Shown: positions 9,494 to 18,601 of the stretch, piece after piece
Numbering within the stretch: position 1 is the first letter of the stretch
Layout: each line of letters opens with the position of its first letter
DNA from: Acidimicrobiales bacterium
GTDB lineage: Bacteria > Actinomycetota > Acidimicrobiia > Acidimicrobiales > GCA-2861595
NCBI GenBank assembly: GCA_030448025.1
Contig: JAUJNQ010000002.1
Location: 406,971-462,982, forward strand
Reading direction: 5' to 3'
DNA length: 56,012 nucleotides
Translations under genes and position numbers: made by a program
Notes under the pieces: generated by a model
Seen by the model: the letters and a program-made list of their open reading frames with translations, nothing else
The model's database searches: none
What the model was told of the DNA's origin: nothing

Positions 9494-9567
9494 TGGAGAC
9501 GATGGGACTCGAACCCACGACCCCCTGCTTGCAAAGCAGGTGCTCTAGCCAGCTGAGCTACGCCCCC
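9494..9567 (-). tRNA. tRNA-Ala(TGC), CCA not encoded
   Basis: GGGGGCGTAGCTCAGCTGGCTAGAGCACCTGCTTTGCAAGCAGGGGGTCGTGGGTTCGAGTCCCATCGTCTCCA; G3:U70 Ala identity pair. Confidence 0.97.
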
Positions 9568-9749
9568 GGGGCATGCTGAAAAGGTGGCAGAAAACCCACC
9601 GGACCGATTCAGCGGCCTTGTCCAGCCGATTCTACCGGGCCGATCCGTGAGCCAACCGCTGGCCGGGGCCCGCGCCGGGTGACCAGCACCCCTGCCACTG
9701 CTAGGACGAGCGCGCCAAGTGGCCCTTGGGTCGTTTGGAGCGGACGGAC

Positions 9750-10125
9750 CTATGCGGCGCGCTCGCCCGGCGGGGCGAGCGACTGGCGGTGGCGGTGAAG
9801 CACCAGGGAGTTGACCATCATGGCGAAGCCGAGGAGGTCGCCCAGCTGGCGCTTGGCACCAGCCCGAGTGAGCGCGACCGAGCCAATCGAGTCATCGAGC
9901 GCCCTACTTGTCGCCTCGGCATCGGCTCGTTGGGGGTAGAGGCGCTTGTATCGGCATCGCTCGGGGGGAAGCGCCGCAGGTGCTCATTCCGGTTGAAGCG
10001 CGTCCGGCGGTCCTCGTCTGTCTGATCGAAGCGCACGCGCAGCTCGCCGCCACCAAGCTCATCCGGCACCAGGTACTCCCCATAGATCCGCCAGGTGCCA
10101 TCGGCATTGCGACACCTTCGCACCC
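9750..10125 (-). pseudogene. Degenerate C-terminal fragment of a DDE-type transposase-like gene
   Basis: Joining about 3 frameshifts gives ..NRNEHLRRFPPSDA-YKRLYPQRADAE..ALDDS-WLGRAHS-AGAKRQLGDLLGFAMMVNSL..* (Y-x-x-R-x-x-x-E motif). Confidence 0.5.
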
Positions 10126-10534
10126 TGCGCTTGTCGAGCTGGATTCAAGTTCGAGGAAGATCCAGATAAAGTCGAGCAAGCCCATCTTCGCAGTAGGCGG
10201 CGACTACAACAGCATGGTCTCCGGATTGATGCGATCCGGCCGGGTAATCAGCGATGACGGCGCGAGCGTGATTCCTAATGACGGGGCGAGCTTCAGGCGG
10301 TAGCGCTCTTGGCAGTGGAGGCAACCCCTCCACGCCCCAGCGCCAGCCGCAGGCGGCCGCTACCCTCTCACTGGCCAGAGAACCAAGGATGACGGCGCCC
10401 CTTCCTTGATGAGGTCGCCGACACCGGACGACCATCAGGCCATGCCGAGCGGCTTGGTGGGTCGCTCAGTTCCTCGACGGAGCCGTGGACGAGGTCGCTC
10501 TGGCCCACTGAGCAACCGGGTTACACGTCTGCCA

Positions 10535-12421
10535 TCAGTTGCCGGCCACCACCTCGAGCGAAGGGGCGTCTGCCTGGTCCGAGCTCCCCGTCGCCGGCAA
10601 CAGCACCTCGACTTCCTCGCCCAAAGCACTGATGTCGAATGCCGAAGCGGCTTCGGTCTCCGGCGCGTCGCCCGCAGCCGGACGGAGGAGCCAGAGCAGG
10701 ACATCGGGTTCATCCGGGTCGGGCGTTCGAGACTCCACCCGACGAGGACCGAGGGAACCCTGGACGCTGACCTCATCCTTGGTGATGATGAGCTGAACCC
10801 TCTGAGTGGCCTGGTTCGAGACATCGACGGGAAACGTCTCCAGGCGCTCGCCGCGGCCCACTCCGAGCACCAACTGCTCCTCTCCGGGTGGGACGCGGAG
10901 CTGCACCTCGGCGGTCACAGTGGCGCCCCGGCGTCGTACCAACTGGTGGAGGTCACCGGGGGCGCCCTCGGTGAGCAGGTACGGCTTTCGTGAAGGGAAC
11001 AGGTCGAGGGCACGGAGATTGGCCCGATCGCCTCGATCGAGAGCCCACACCACTTTCTGATCGAACGACGGATTTCTCAGCTTGGTGAACGGTGTCATCA
11101 ACTGCGGTCCGTACCGCGGGAGGAAAACGATGGCACCGTCGAGCGGTCTCTCCTCGACGGGCGAGTGCAGTGCTCGCAAGCCTGTTGTCCGCTCTCGTTG
11201 ATCGCCAAGGGCCCCGGCGATCACCAACCCGCTGACGGCGGACATGCCGAGCAGGCCGAACCAGGCCAATCGGTGGTCAAGGTGCCAGAGACGGGAGAAG
11301 CCACCGGCTCCCAGGATGGCCAGCGGCACGAGAACCGGCAAGTAATAGAAGGGCCCGATTCGCCACGGGCCTTCGAGGCGGGTGAGCAGGTAGCTCCCCC
11401 AGAAGAGCAGGTAGCCGATCGGGATGGTGAGGGCGACCAGACCCATCCATCCTTCCAAGCCGGTCTTTCTGTGCCGGAGCGCAACCACGCTGAGGCCGAT
11501 CAGGACCAGGCCCCCGAAGCACCAGAAGCTGAGCAGCATCGAGTGGGTGAGGAGGCCATGCCACGCCTGGCCCGCGCCGAACTCCAGCTCGGGGTCCCAG
11601 GGAAAGACCCGCTTGGCGCCGAAGCCCAGTGTGTCGCTCTTGTCCAGGAGGTTGAACGGTGAGCGAAGGGGGCTCCCCGTGGCTGCTTTGAAGAAGGCCA
11701 GCATGGCCACCATAGGGGGGACTGTGCCCATGGCGAACGCGGCGACGTCCGGGATCAGGGTCCGCCAAGAGTGACGCCGGGAGATGACGAACAAGAACCC
11801 GAAGGGCAGGGCAAAGAGGACTGCGTCGAAGGGCCGGGCAAAGAAGGCCAAGCCAATCAAGCCGCCGCTGGCGACCAGCAACCATCTCGAGCTCTGTCGC
11901 ACTCCGCGCAGGAAGGACACGGCGAAACCTTCCAGGAGCAGGACGTTCGGTAGGTAGGAGAGGAAGGTGACCGACTGCATGAGGAAGAACGGTGAGAGAA
12001 CGACGAACAGGGATGCCAGAACAGAAGGCCAGCGACGGCCGAGCACCTCTCGGGCCAGCAGGTAGGTCAGGACCACCACACCGGCCGCCACCAATGCCTG
12101 GGCGGCGTGGTGGCTACCGGTGAGCAGGCGACCTACGGCTATCACCGCTGGCCATACAGGTGAGTACTTGGGCACGTAGTGATCGCCGGAGGTGATGCTC
12201 AGCCACGGGACGAATGCGTCGGCCTCAGCGGGCGGCGCCGGAGGGAAGAGGCGACCCTCTGTCAGGCTGTCGGCCTGGAGCAGGTACACGGTCTCGTCCT
12301 GGTTCACGCTGAGGTAAGGGAACAACGTCACCGATGCGAGAACGGCCCAGCCCGCGGCGAGGACAGCGAGGACGGCGACGACCACGTGCGGCCGATCTTG
12401 GACTGCTCTCAGGTCTGGCAC
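10535..12421 (-). CDS. GT-C fold membrane glycosyltransferase (ArnT/PMT-like)
   Basis: NQDETVY first-loop acidic motif, PKYSPVWP, FARPFDA, about 11 TM segments and an extracytoplasmic C-terminal domain. Confidence 0.75.
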   Translation of the reverse strand: MPDLRAVQDRPHVVVAVLAVLAAGWAVLASVTLFPYLSVNQDETVYLLQADSLTEGRLFPPAPPAEADAFVPWLSITSGDHYVPKYSPVWPAVIAVGRLLTGSHHAAQALVAAGVVVLTYLLAREVLGRRWPSVLASLFVVLSPFFLMQSVTFLSYLPNVLLLEGFAVSFLRGVRQSSRWLLVASGGLIGLAFFARPFDAVLFALPFGFLFVISRRHSWRTLIPDVAAFAMGTVPPMVAMLAFFKAATGSPLRSPFNLLDKSDTLGFGAKRVFPWDPELEFGAGQAWHGLLTHSMLLSFWCFGGLVLIGLSVVALRHRKTGLEGWMGLVALTIPIGYLLFWGSYLLTRLEGPWRIGPFYYLPVLVPLAILGAGGFSRLWHLDHRLAWFGLLGMSAVSGLVIAGALGDQRERTTGLRALHSPVEERPLDGAIVFLPRYGPQLMTPFTKLRNPSFDQKVVWALDRGDRANLRALDLFPSRKPYLLTEGAPGDLHQLVRRRGATVTAEVQLRVPPGEEQLVLGVGRGERLETFPVDVSNQATQRVQLIITKDEVSVQGSLGPRRVESRTPDPDEPDVLLWLLRPAAGDAPETEAASAFDISALGEEVEVLLPATGSSDQADAPSLEVVAGN

Positions 12422-12622
12422 CGCTCATCTATCCCCGGCCGCAGCCATCGTGAATCCGAATAGCCAAGGACAAGAAAACCGCGGAAATCTCCGGCCAAGG
12501 CGTATCGCTACCGCCCAGCTCGACGATTACTCAGAAGAAGATCGTGCATGGACGGCGGGTACCGGCAACCGCACCTGTCCCAAGGGCCCGACGAGACACA
12601 CGCCACCACGGAGGTCACCGAG

Positions 12623-13204
12623 ATGGAAGAGCAGGGAACGTCCAGGTTGAAGGCGATCGTCGGAGGGCTGCTGGCCACAGGGGTGGTCTTGACAGCCACC
12701 GTCGCCCTCGCTGCCCGGGGCCCCAGCGGCGGTGACTACGGAGTTGGTGGTTATGGAGGCGACGGTGGCTACGGCAAAAAGAACGGCCATCGCCTGCATT
12801 GCCCTTCCTACAACGGCATGTATCACTCCAACGGACGGGCGACGTGCCACGTGGCGCCGCGTCGAGCGGGAGTGGGAACCGGTGAGGGCGTTACTCCTCC
12901 TGGTGAAGGCGGCGCTGAGCAGGGGGGATCGGCGGAGGCCAGCTCCGCGCCACCACCGCGAGTCAACGCCAATCGCTCACCAAGCAACGGCCAGGCTGTC
13001 CATGCCGGCCAGGCGGGCCGTTCAGCCCAGACTGTTCGGAGTGGGCAGACTGGGCAGAGTGGTCCTGCGGGCGCCGCGGCCCAGCCGGCCAGGCCCAACG
13101 GGCCCGCGCATGACGGTGACGTCGACGATGTCAAAGACGAGCCCAAGAAGTCACGCAGCGACAGGGCCGGCGACCGCCAGCAGGGGGGGCGGGGCCGCAA
13201 CTAG
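12623..13204 (+). CDS. Hypothetical secreted Gly/Pro/Gln-rich protein
   Basis: GGAGGT RBS; signal peptide ending ..TATVALA-A; GGDYG/GGYG repeats; one Cys pair; low-complexity tail. Confidence 0.55.
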   Translation: MEEQGTSRLKAIVGGLLATGVVLTATVALAARGPSGGDYGVGGYGGDGGYGKKNGHRLHCPSYNGMYHSNGRATCHVAPRRAGVGTGEGVTPPGEGGAEQGGSAEASSAPPPRVNANRSPSNGQAVHAGQAGRSAQTVRSGQTGQSGPAGAAAQPARPNGPAHDGDVDDVKDEPKKSRSDRAGDRQQGGRGRN

Positions 13205-13530
13205 CTAGCTAGTAACGACCACTGCGGTCGGGGTCCACTGCGTCGGAGGTAGCTTCCTTCGTCCAGCTCATCGAGGACGAGGGCCGCGATGTGCTCTGGT
13301 TCATGGAACCCCTTGCCGGCCTCCGCCCTATCGCTGGACCGGACGAAGGAATCGCAGACGAAGCGTAACTCTTGGGGGCTCGTCGGCGATTGCTCCGATG
13401 AGATGCCAGACGGGGGCTTCATGGGCCCAGGTGATCAGCGGGAGTCTTCCGTCGCGCCGCCTCACAAGAGCCGGAGCGAAAGTTCCAGGTATGGGTCCGG
13501 ACGTCCGATACGAAGATCGATGGAGATCGC

Positions 13531-14082
13531 TTGACGGGCCATGAGGCCTTCGATGACGTCCTGAGCGCCGCTCAGGCCAACGCCGGGTGGGCATTCCAGC
13601 GGCTGTTCGATGAGCTGGCTCGGCCGCTTGTCGGCTATCTGCGGGCGCAGGGAGGGCGCGAGCCTGACGACCTGGCCAACGAGGTGTTTCTCGGAGTGTT
13701 CTCCGGCATCGCCAACTTCCAAGGCAGCAAGGAGCAGTTCCGCTCCTGGGTCTTCACCCTCGCCCATCGTCGTCTCATCGATGAGCGTCGCAGGTTGGGA
13801 CGGCGCCCGGCGCTGGTCGACAGCGAGCCCGACGCCAATGTCAGCGGCGGGGACGCGGAGCACGACGCTCTGTGCTCGGCCGGCAACGAGCGAGTTCGAG
13901 AACTGCTTGCCCGCCTGGCACCCGACCAGCGCGACGTCCTGCTCCTCAGGGTCGTGGCCGACCTCACCGTGGAGCGGACAGCCCAGACCCTGGGTAAGAC
14001 GCCCGGAGCGGTCAAGGCTCTCCAGCGACGGGGACTGACAGCGCTTCGCAAGGAAATCACGCCAGAGGGCGTACCCCTTTGA
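13531..14082 (+). CDS. ECF RNA polymerase sigma-70 factor
   Basis: DDLANEVF..FRSWVFTLAHRRLIDERRR (region 2); LAPDQRDVLLLR..TAQTLGKTPGAVKALQRRG (region 4). Confidence 0.92.
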   Translation: MTGHEAFDDVLSAAQANAGWAFQRLFDELARPLVGYLRAQGGREPDDLANEVFLGVFSGIANFQGSKEQFRSWVFTLAHRRLIDERRRLGRRPALVDSEPDANVSGGDAEHDALCSAGNERVRELLARLAPDQRDVLLLRVVADLTVERTAQTLGKTPGAVKALQRRGLTALRKEITPEGVPL

Positions 14083-14897
14083 GCGTCCTCGGCGATGACC
14101 ATGACGAGATGCGAACGCAGCCCCTCCTCGACGATCACACAATCGAGTCGATCCTCGCCGGCCGTAGGTTTCCGGACCGACCCGAGGTCGACGAGCTGGC
14201 CAGCTTCGTCTCCGAGGTGCGCAGTGTCGCCGACGGGCCAGCTCCCAAACTGGGCGCAGATCTGACGACCATCCTGACGGGCGGCTTACCCAGGGGGAAA
14301 GTCGACCTGCCGGCGGCCGGGCTGGCGAAGAGGAGAAGGTCGAAGATCGAGGCCATCTCTGCCAGTGCCCTGGGCAAGGCGGCCGCAGTGCTGGCCGGCC
14401 TGGGCCTCGCCACCACGGGCGCGGCTGCGGCCGACGTGCTTCCCGAGGTCGCCCAGGACCGCGTGGCCGTCGTCGTCGAGGCAGTGAGCCCCTTCGACCT
14501 TCGCCACAGCGCTGACAAGGGCCAAGACGGCAAGCACCGCAAGGGTGGCGGCGCCGGCGCCGACATCAAGCCGGAGGTCCCCTTCGACCATGCCGACCCC
14601 AACGCCAAGGACAACCTCGGCGCCGATGTCTCCGATCGACCCCAGAGCACGGATGCCAAGGACAGGGACTTCGAACGGAGCCTGAGGGAGACAGCGCCCG
14701 GTCAGGCTCCGGCCACCAGGCCAACGGCGAGCAACCCCGGCACTGAGCGCAGGCAGAGCGCTCCCGGCCAGGCCCCCGCCGGCAGCCCGACGGCAGATAG
14801 CAGGTCCGGGACTCCGCACCGGCAGAGCGCTCCGGGCCAGCCCCCTGCCAGCGCGCCGGCGCCAGATGGCAGGCCCGGGGCGGCTCACCGTCGCTAA
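14079..14897 (+). CDS. Putative membrane anti-sigma factor with C-terminal QSAPGQ repeats
   Basis: Overlaps the sigma stop; single TM (AAAVLAGLGLATTGAAAA); three (T/S)APGQ(A/P)PA repeats. Confidence 0.6.
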   Translation: MSVLGDDHDEMRTQPLLDDHTIESILAGRRFPDRPEVDELASFVSEVRSVADGPAPKLGADLTTILTGGLPRGKVDLPAAGLAKRRRSKIEAISASALGKAAAVLAGLGLATTGAAAADVLPEVAQDRVAVVVEAVSPFDLRHSADKGQDGKHRKGGGAGADIKPEVPFDHADPNAKDNLGADVSDRPQSTDAKDRDFERSLRETAPGQAPATRPTASNPGTERRQSAPGQAPAGSPTADSRSGTPHRQSAPGQPPASAPAPDGRPGAAHRR

Positions 14898-15007
14898 TCG
14901 CCGGCCGTAGCACTCTACCGGAGGCCACAGAGCCGGCGCCTGCCCGAGTCAGCAACCACCGATCGGATGCCCCTGGCGGCCTGAGGCCGTGGCTGCGATG
15001 AACGGGC

Positions 15008-15481
15008 CTACGGGGTGTCCTGGGACTTCCCCCGCATGCCTGCCACCGCCGAGCTCACCGCGTCGGTGTCGAGGATGTCCTCCATGACGCCGATCTGTGC
15101 CTCCCAGACGTCGTCCGGGATCGCCGTCTTGACCTCGTCCTCCAGGACGTGGAACACATCGAGGCCCAACTGGACCCCGGCCAGTGCACCTGCGTACGCC
15201 GGGTCTCCGAGAACCACCGTCTCTGCGGTGATCTCGGCGGCCTCGGCGTCCGGAGCACCGATGAGGACGATCAGGTCGTCCTTACCGTGCTGCTCCGAGA
15301 GCCGGAGTATCGACTCCTGGCTCTGCAGGTCCATGGCTCCTGCAGCCGTTCAGACGAAGCACTCGGTGGCGGAGAACACCACCTTGGCTCCGGCTGCTTC
15401 GGCACAGGCGCTGATCGCCGGCCCCGACACACCATCGCGCTCGCCGAGCGCGATGACCAACTTGTTCTCGAGCGTTTCCAT
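15008..15481 (-). CDS. grdA: Glycine/sarcosine/betaine reductase selenoprotein A (157 aa; Sec44, UGA at 15350-15352)
   Basis: METLENKLVIALGERDGVSGPAI..FSATECFV-U-TAAGAMDL..AETVVLGDPAYAGALAGVQLGLDVFHV; canonical CxxU motif, frame continues through the UGA. Confidence 0.95.
15319..15347 (-). promoter_or_regulatory. Candidate bacterial SECIS of grdA
   Basis: mRNA 3' of UGA: GG-CUGCAGG-AGCCAUGGA-CCUGCAG-AGCC, perfect 7-bp stem. Confidence 0.6.
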
Positions 15482-15484
15482 CGA

Positions 15485-15823
15485 CTAGCTCACCTCCTCG
15501 AGGTTCTCGTCCAACCATTCCTCCAACGCCGCCGCGGACAGGCTCGGGCCCGCCAACCGGCTCACCTCTTCGCCGTCGCGGAAGAGCAGGAACGCCGGCA
15601 ACCCCATGACCTTTAGCTCCATGCAGAGCCGCCGCGCCTTGGGCGCCTCCAGGGTCACCACCTTCACGTCCTGCTTCTCCTCGGCGATGCGCTCCACGTC
15701 GGGCATGAGGGCCAGGCAAGTGGTGCAGTCCGGCCCCCACATGTCGACCAATGTGGTGCCCTCGGACACCAGCTCCCTGAAGTTGTCCTTGGTTACCTCT
15801 GGCAACGTCCCTGGCAAAGTCAT
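15485..15823 (-). CDS. Thioredoxin of the glycine-reductase type (CTTC)
   Basis: VDMWGPDCTTC..RRLCMELKVMGLPAFLLFRDGEEV; lies between grdC and grdA. Confidence 0.9.
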   Translation of the reverse strand: MTLPGTLPEVTKDNFRELVSEGTTLVDMWGPDCTTCLALMPDVERIAEEKQDVKVVTLEAPKARRLCMELKVMGLPAFLLFRDGEEVSRLAGPSLSAAALEEWLDENLEEVS

Positions 15824-17253
15824 GCTCCTTCCGGGTTCTTCTCCAACAACACGCTCATGCCGTCCGACATCTGCGACATGCGCCCGAGGAAGAGGCTCCC
15901 CTTGGCGATCATCATCACCCGCTCGGCCTCGCCGCCCCGAAGGCGATCGAGGGCGTGGGGAAGATAACAGAGGGCCGACGCCAGGTGCCCCTGGGTGGGA
16001 GCGAAGCCGGGCATGCCCCGGGTGGCGGCGAAGTCGCTCAGCTCCTCCTTGGTGATGGCGCCGCTCCTGGCGGCCAGCGCGGCGATGGTGCGGTAGTTGC
16101 GCTCGGGCACGTTGCCCGATCCCTGAGGCTCGGTGATCTCGGGGTCGTGCAGCTCGGTTGCGTAGTCGTCCACCTCGGTCATGGGGATGCCCGCCCGCTG
16201 CAGCGGCTCCACCGCCAGCGCCTCCATGATCTGGGGGCTGGAGCCGCCGGCCGACACCCGGTGGCGGCCCACCACGTCGAGGCGGATGCGGGGCGAGGCG
16301 CCGTCGTCGGCCTCGATCAGCGCCGCCGACCCGCCCAGGACGTCCTCGAGCACCGGCATCTCGTGGCGCAGGTGACCCTGGAACTTCATGCCCAGCTTGG
16401 CGAGTGAGCCGCCCGCCACCACGGCCACCCGCTGGAACGTCCCCGAGGCCACCAGGGCGGCGCCCACCACCAACGCCGGGATGGGGGCGGCGCAGAAGTT
16501 CTTCACGTCCATGCCCGAAGCCTCGCTGAGCCCGGCCACCTCGGCCACCGCCTTGGCCATGTTGCCCCCGCCCCGCTGGTAGCGGTCGCCCACCGCCTCC
16601 TCGCCGCAGCCGATCACGTAGTCGATCGAGGCGGGGTCCACGTCGAGGTTGACGAGGAGGTGCAGGAGAGACAGGGTGGCGGTGGCCTTGGTGGCCAGGT
16701 TGTCCAGGAGCACGTACGCCGACAAGGCCTCGTCGGCTTCGTCTCCCCGTCGCATGGCCGCACCCAGGCGGTGGGCGCCGAGGTGCAAACCCAGCGCGCC
16801 GGGCTCAGCGGACACCTTCTCCACGTCGCCAACGGCTCGCTCGATGCGGTCCAGGTCGAGGTGCTTGGCCAGAGGGTGTCCGGCCAGGGCGGCGGCGGCC
16901 TGCTCGGCCACGTCCTCGGCGAGGACCAACAAGTCGAAGTGGTCCACCGCCGCCAGCAGGCCCAGGAGCTCGTCCTCGGGCATCAGCTCGCCGGACGGGG
17001 CGAAGCGCGACGCCTCGGGGTCGGTGGTCGCGAACCAGGGCCGCTCGGGCATGGCGCGTGGATGGATGGCGCCGATGTAGGCCTGGTGGGGCGGGTAGGC
17101 GACGGCCTGGTCGAAGGTGCGCAGCGACCCCAGGAACGACGACTCCACTTCGCCGTCCCTCGGCAGCTCCCGCCGGGGCTTCGAGCCGTGACGGGCCAGG
17201 CCGGGGGCGTGGGCGAGGACCTGGGCGGCCCCACTTATGACCGGGTTGCTCAT
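15820..17253 (-). CDS. grdC: Glycine/sarcosine/betaine reductase component C, GrdC (FabH/thiolase-like) subunit
   Basis: IDYVIGCGEEAVGDRYQRGGGNMAKAVAE, KNFCAAP, GGSLAKLGM, GFAPTQGH, KGSLFLGRM. Confidence 0.92.
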   Translation of the reverse strand: MSNPVISGAAQVLAHAPGLARHGSKPRRELPRDGEVESSFLGSLRTFDQAVAYPPHQAYIGAIHPRAMPERPWFATTDPEASRFAPSGELMPEDELLGLLAAVDHFDLLVLAEDVAEQAAAALAGHPLAKHLDLDRIERAVGDVEKVSAEPGALGLHLGAHRLGAAMRRGDEADEALSAYVLLDNLATKATATLSLLHLLVNLDVDPASIDYVIGCGEEAVGDRYQRGGGNMAKAVAEVAGLSEASGMDVKNFCAAPIPALVVGAALVASGTFQRVAVVAGGSLAKLGMKFQGHLRHEMPVLEDVLGGSAALIEADDGASPRIRLDVVGRHRVSAGGSSPQIMEALAVEPLQRAGIPMTEVDDYATELHDPEITEPQGSGNVPERNYRTIAALAARSGAITKEELSDFAATRGMPGFAPTQGHLASALCYLPHALDRLRGGEAERVMMIAKGSLFLGRMSQMSDGMSVLLEKNPEGA

Positions 17254-17254
17254 G

Positions 17255-18601
17255 TCATGCTCCGTCCGTGTTGTCGCTCGTGTCGCTGTGTTCGCCCTGG
17301 TTGCTCTGGTGGCTGCCGTCGAACACCGTGGGCTCGTCCACGGCCGTGGACAGCGCCACCAAAGCAGTCTCCACCAGCGTGCGCCGCCACGCCCGTTCCT
17401 GCTCGGTCCCGAGCGACGGGTCGCCCGTGGGGAAGGGGATCCCCCGGGTGGGCACGATGCGGGGTGCGCCGACCCTGGTGGCTATGGACACCAGGTTGCA
17501 CAGCAACGCCGTGGGGATCCCTCCCCTCTCCAGCTCCTTGGCAAGCGTTGACCCGCAACGCGTTCCGGTCCCTCACGTGGCAGTCAGGATGGCCGCCCGG
17601 ACCCCGGACTTGCGCAGGTCGGCCACCCATTCGGTGCCGAAGCGCTTGGCGTTGCCCACCGAGGTGCCGTTGCCCGCCGTCACCAGGTACTCGTGATGGA
17701 GCCGGCCGATGGCGCCCTCGCTCTCGAGCTGGCGTGCCACGTCGAGGGGCAGGATCCGCTGCGGGTCCTCGTTGGCCGCCACGGTGGAGAAGCCGCCGTG
17801 CACGGAGATGAACTCACCGGCGGGGAGCGAGTCCCTCCCCTCGATCGAGTAGTGGGCCCAACGAGTGGCTCGGGCCGACTCCAGCTTGTCGGGGTTGTCG
17901 GCCGGCACCACCGCTCCCTCGCTCACAAGGGCGACGGTGACCTCGGAGAGGTCCTCCACCGGAGGCGCGGGCGTCACCTTGTCGAAGTCGGGCAGCGGGA
18001 CCTCGGTGGCTTCCTTGTCGCCGCCCAACCGAGCCAACACCAGGGCCACGGCCCGACGGGCGGCATTCTGGTCCGCGACCCGGTTGCGACGGGGGGGCTT
18101 GCCCAGCCGACCCTCGGCCTCGGTGAGATCCTCACCGGCCGACAACTTCTTGACCGCGGCGGCCAGGGTCTCGAGCGAGGGGCCCATCTCTCTGGCCGCC
18201 TCCCCACTGCGCACCACCGGAGCGCCCGCGGCCTCGGCCAGGCCGGGGTTGTCCTGATGCATGGCGGCGACGACCGCCAGCCCCGCCTGGGTGGCGGCGG
18301 CGGCCAGGCGGCCGCAGGCCAGGCCGTAGCGGCCGCTCGAGAAGGCGGGCCCGATCACCACCACGTCGGGCTTGGCCTCCTTCACCAGGGCAAGGATCTC
18401 CCTCGCCGCCTCGGGTTCGCCGGCGGCGTAGTCGTCGCCGCACGAGACGGTGGCCACCACCTCGAAGTCGTCCCCGAGCAGCGCCTGGAGCTTCCGGCCG
18501 GGGCCCACCGCGCCATCGGTGCGGGCAGGCGGCGTGGACGCTGCGTCCTCGCCTCCGACCCCGGTGAAGAACTGGTTCAGGTAGTGGACGACTCGGGTCA
18601 T
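17255..18601 (-). CDS. grdB: Reductase selenoprotein B (GrdB/GrdF/GrdH family; 448 aa; Sec343, UGA at 17573-17575)
   Basis: MTRVVHYLNQFFTGVGGED..GPAFSSGRYG..SVHGGF..AAILTAT-U-GTGTRCGSTLAKELERGGIP..GAPRIVP..PTGDP; ORF-track pieces 17573-18979 and 17255-17506 are in the same frame. Confidence 0.93.
17540..17566 (-). promoter_or_regulatory. Candidate bacterial SECIS of grdB
   Basis: UGA + 11 nt, then GCGUUG-CGGGU-CAACGC (6-bp stem, G-rich loop), extendable by GGAA/UU-CC pairing. Confidence 0.7.

Noticed and set aside
10126-10530. Short ORFs between the transposase relic and the GT gene
   Set aside because: No recognisable motif or start signals; probably decayed DNA.
13201-13212. CTAGCTAGCTAG palindrome
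   Set aside because: Overlaps a stop codon; too short and isolated to assign a function.
17255-17257. UGA at the end of grdB (and other UGA stops) as extra selenocysteines
   Set aside because: The next gene starts immediately, family homology has ended, and UGA is the usual stop in high-GC genomes.
15008-18601. Reading grdA and grdB as nonsense-disrupted pseudogenes
   Set aside because: Both stops are UGA at the exact family Sec position, the frame continues with conserved sequence, and hairpins follow.
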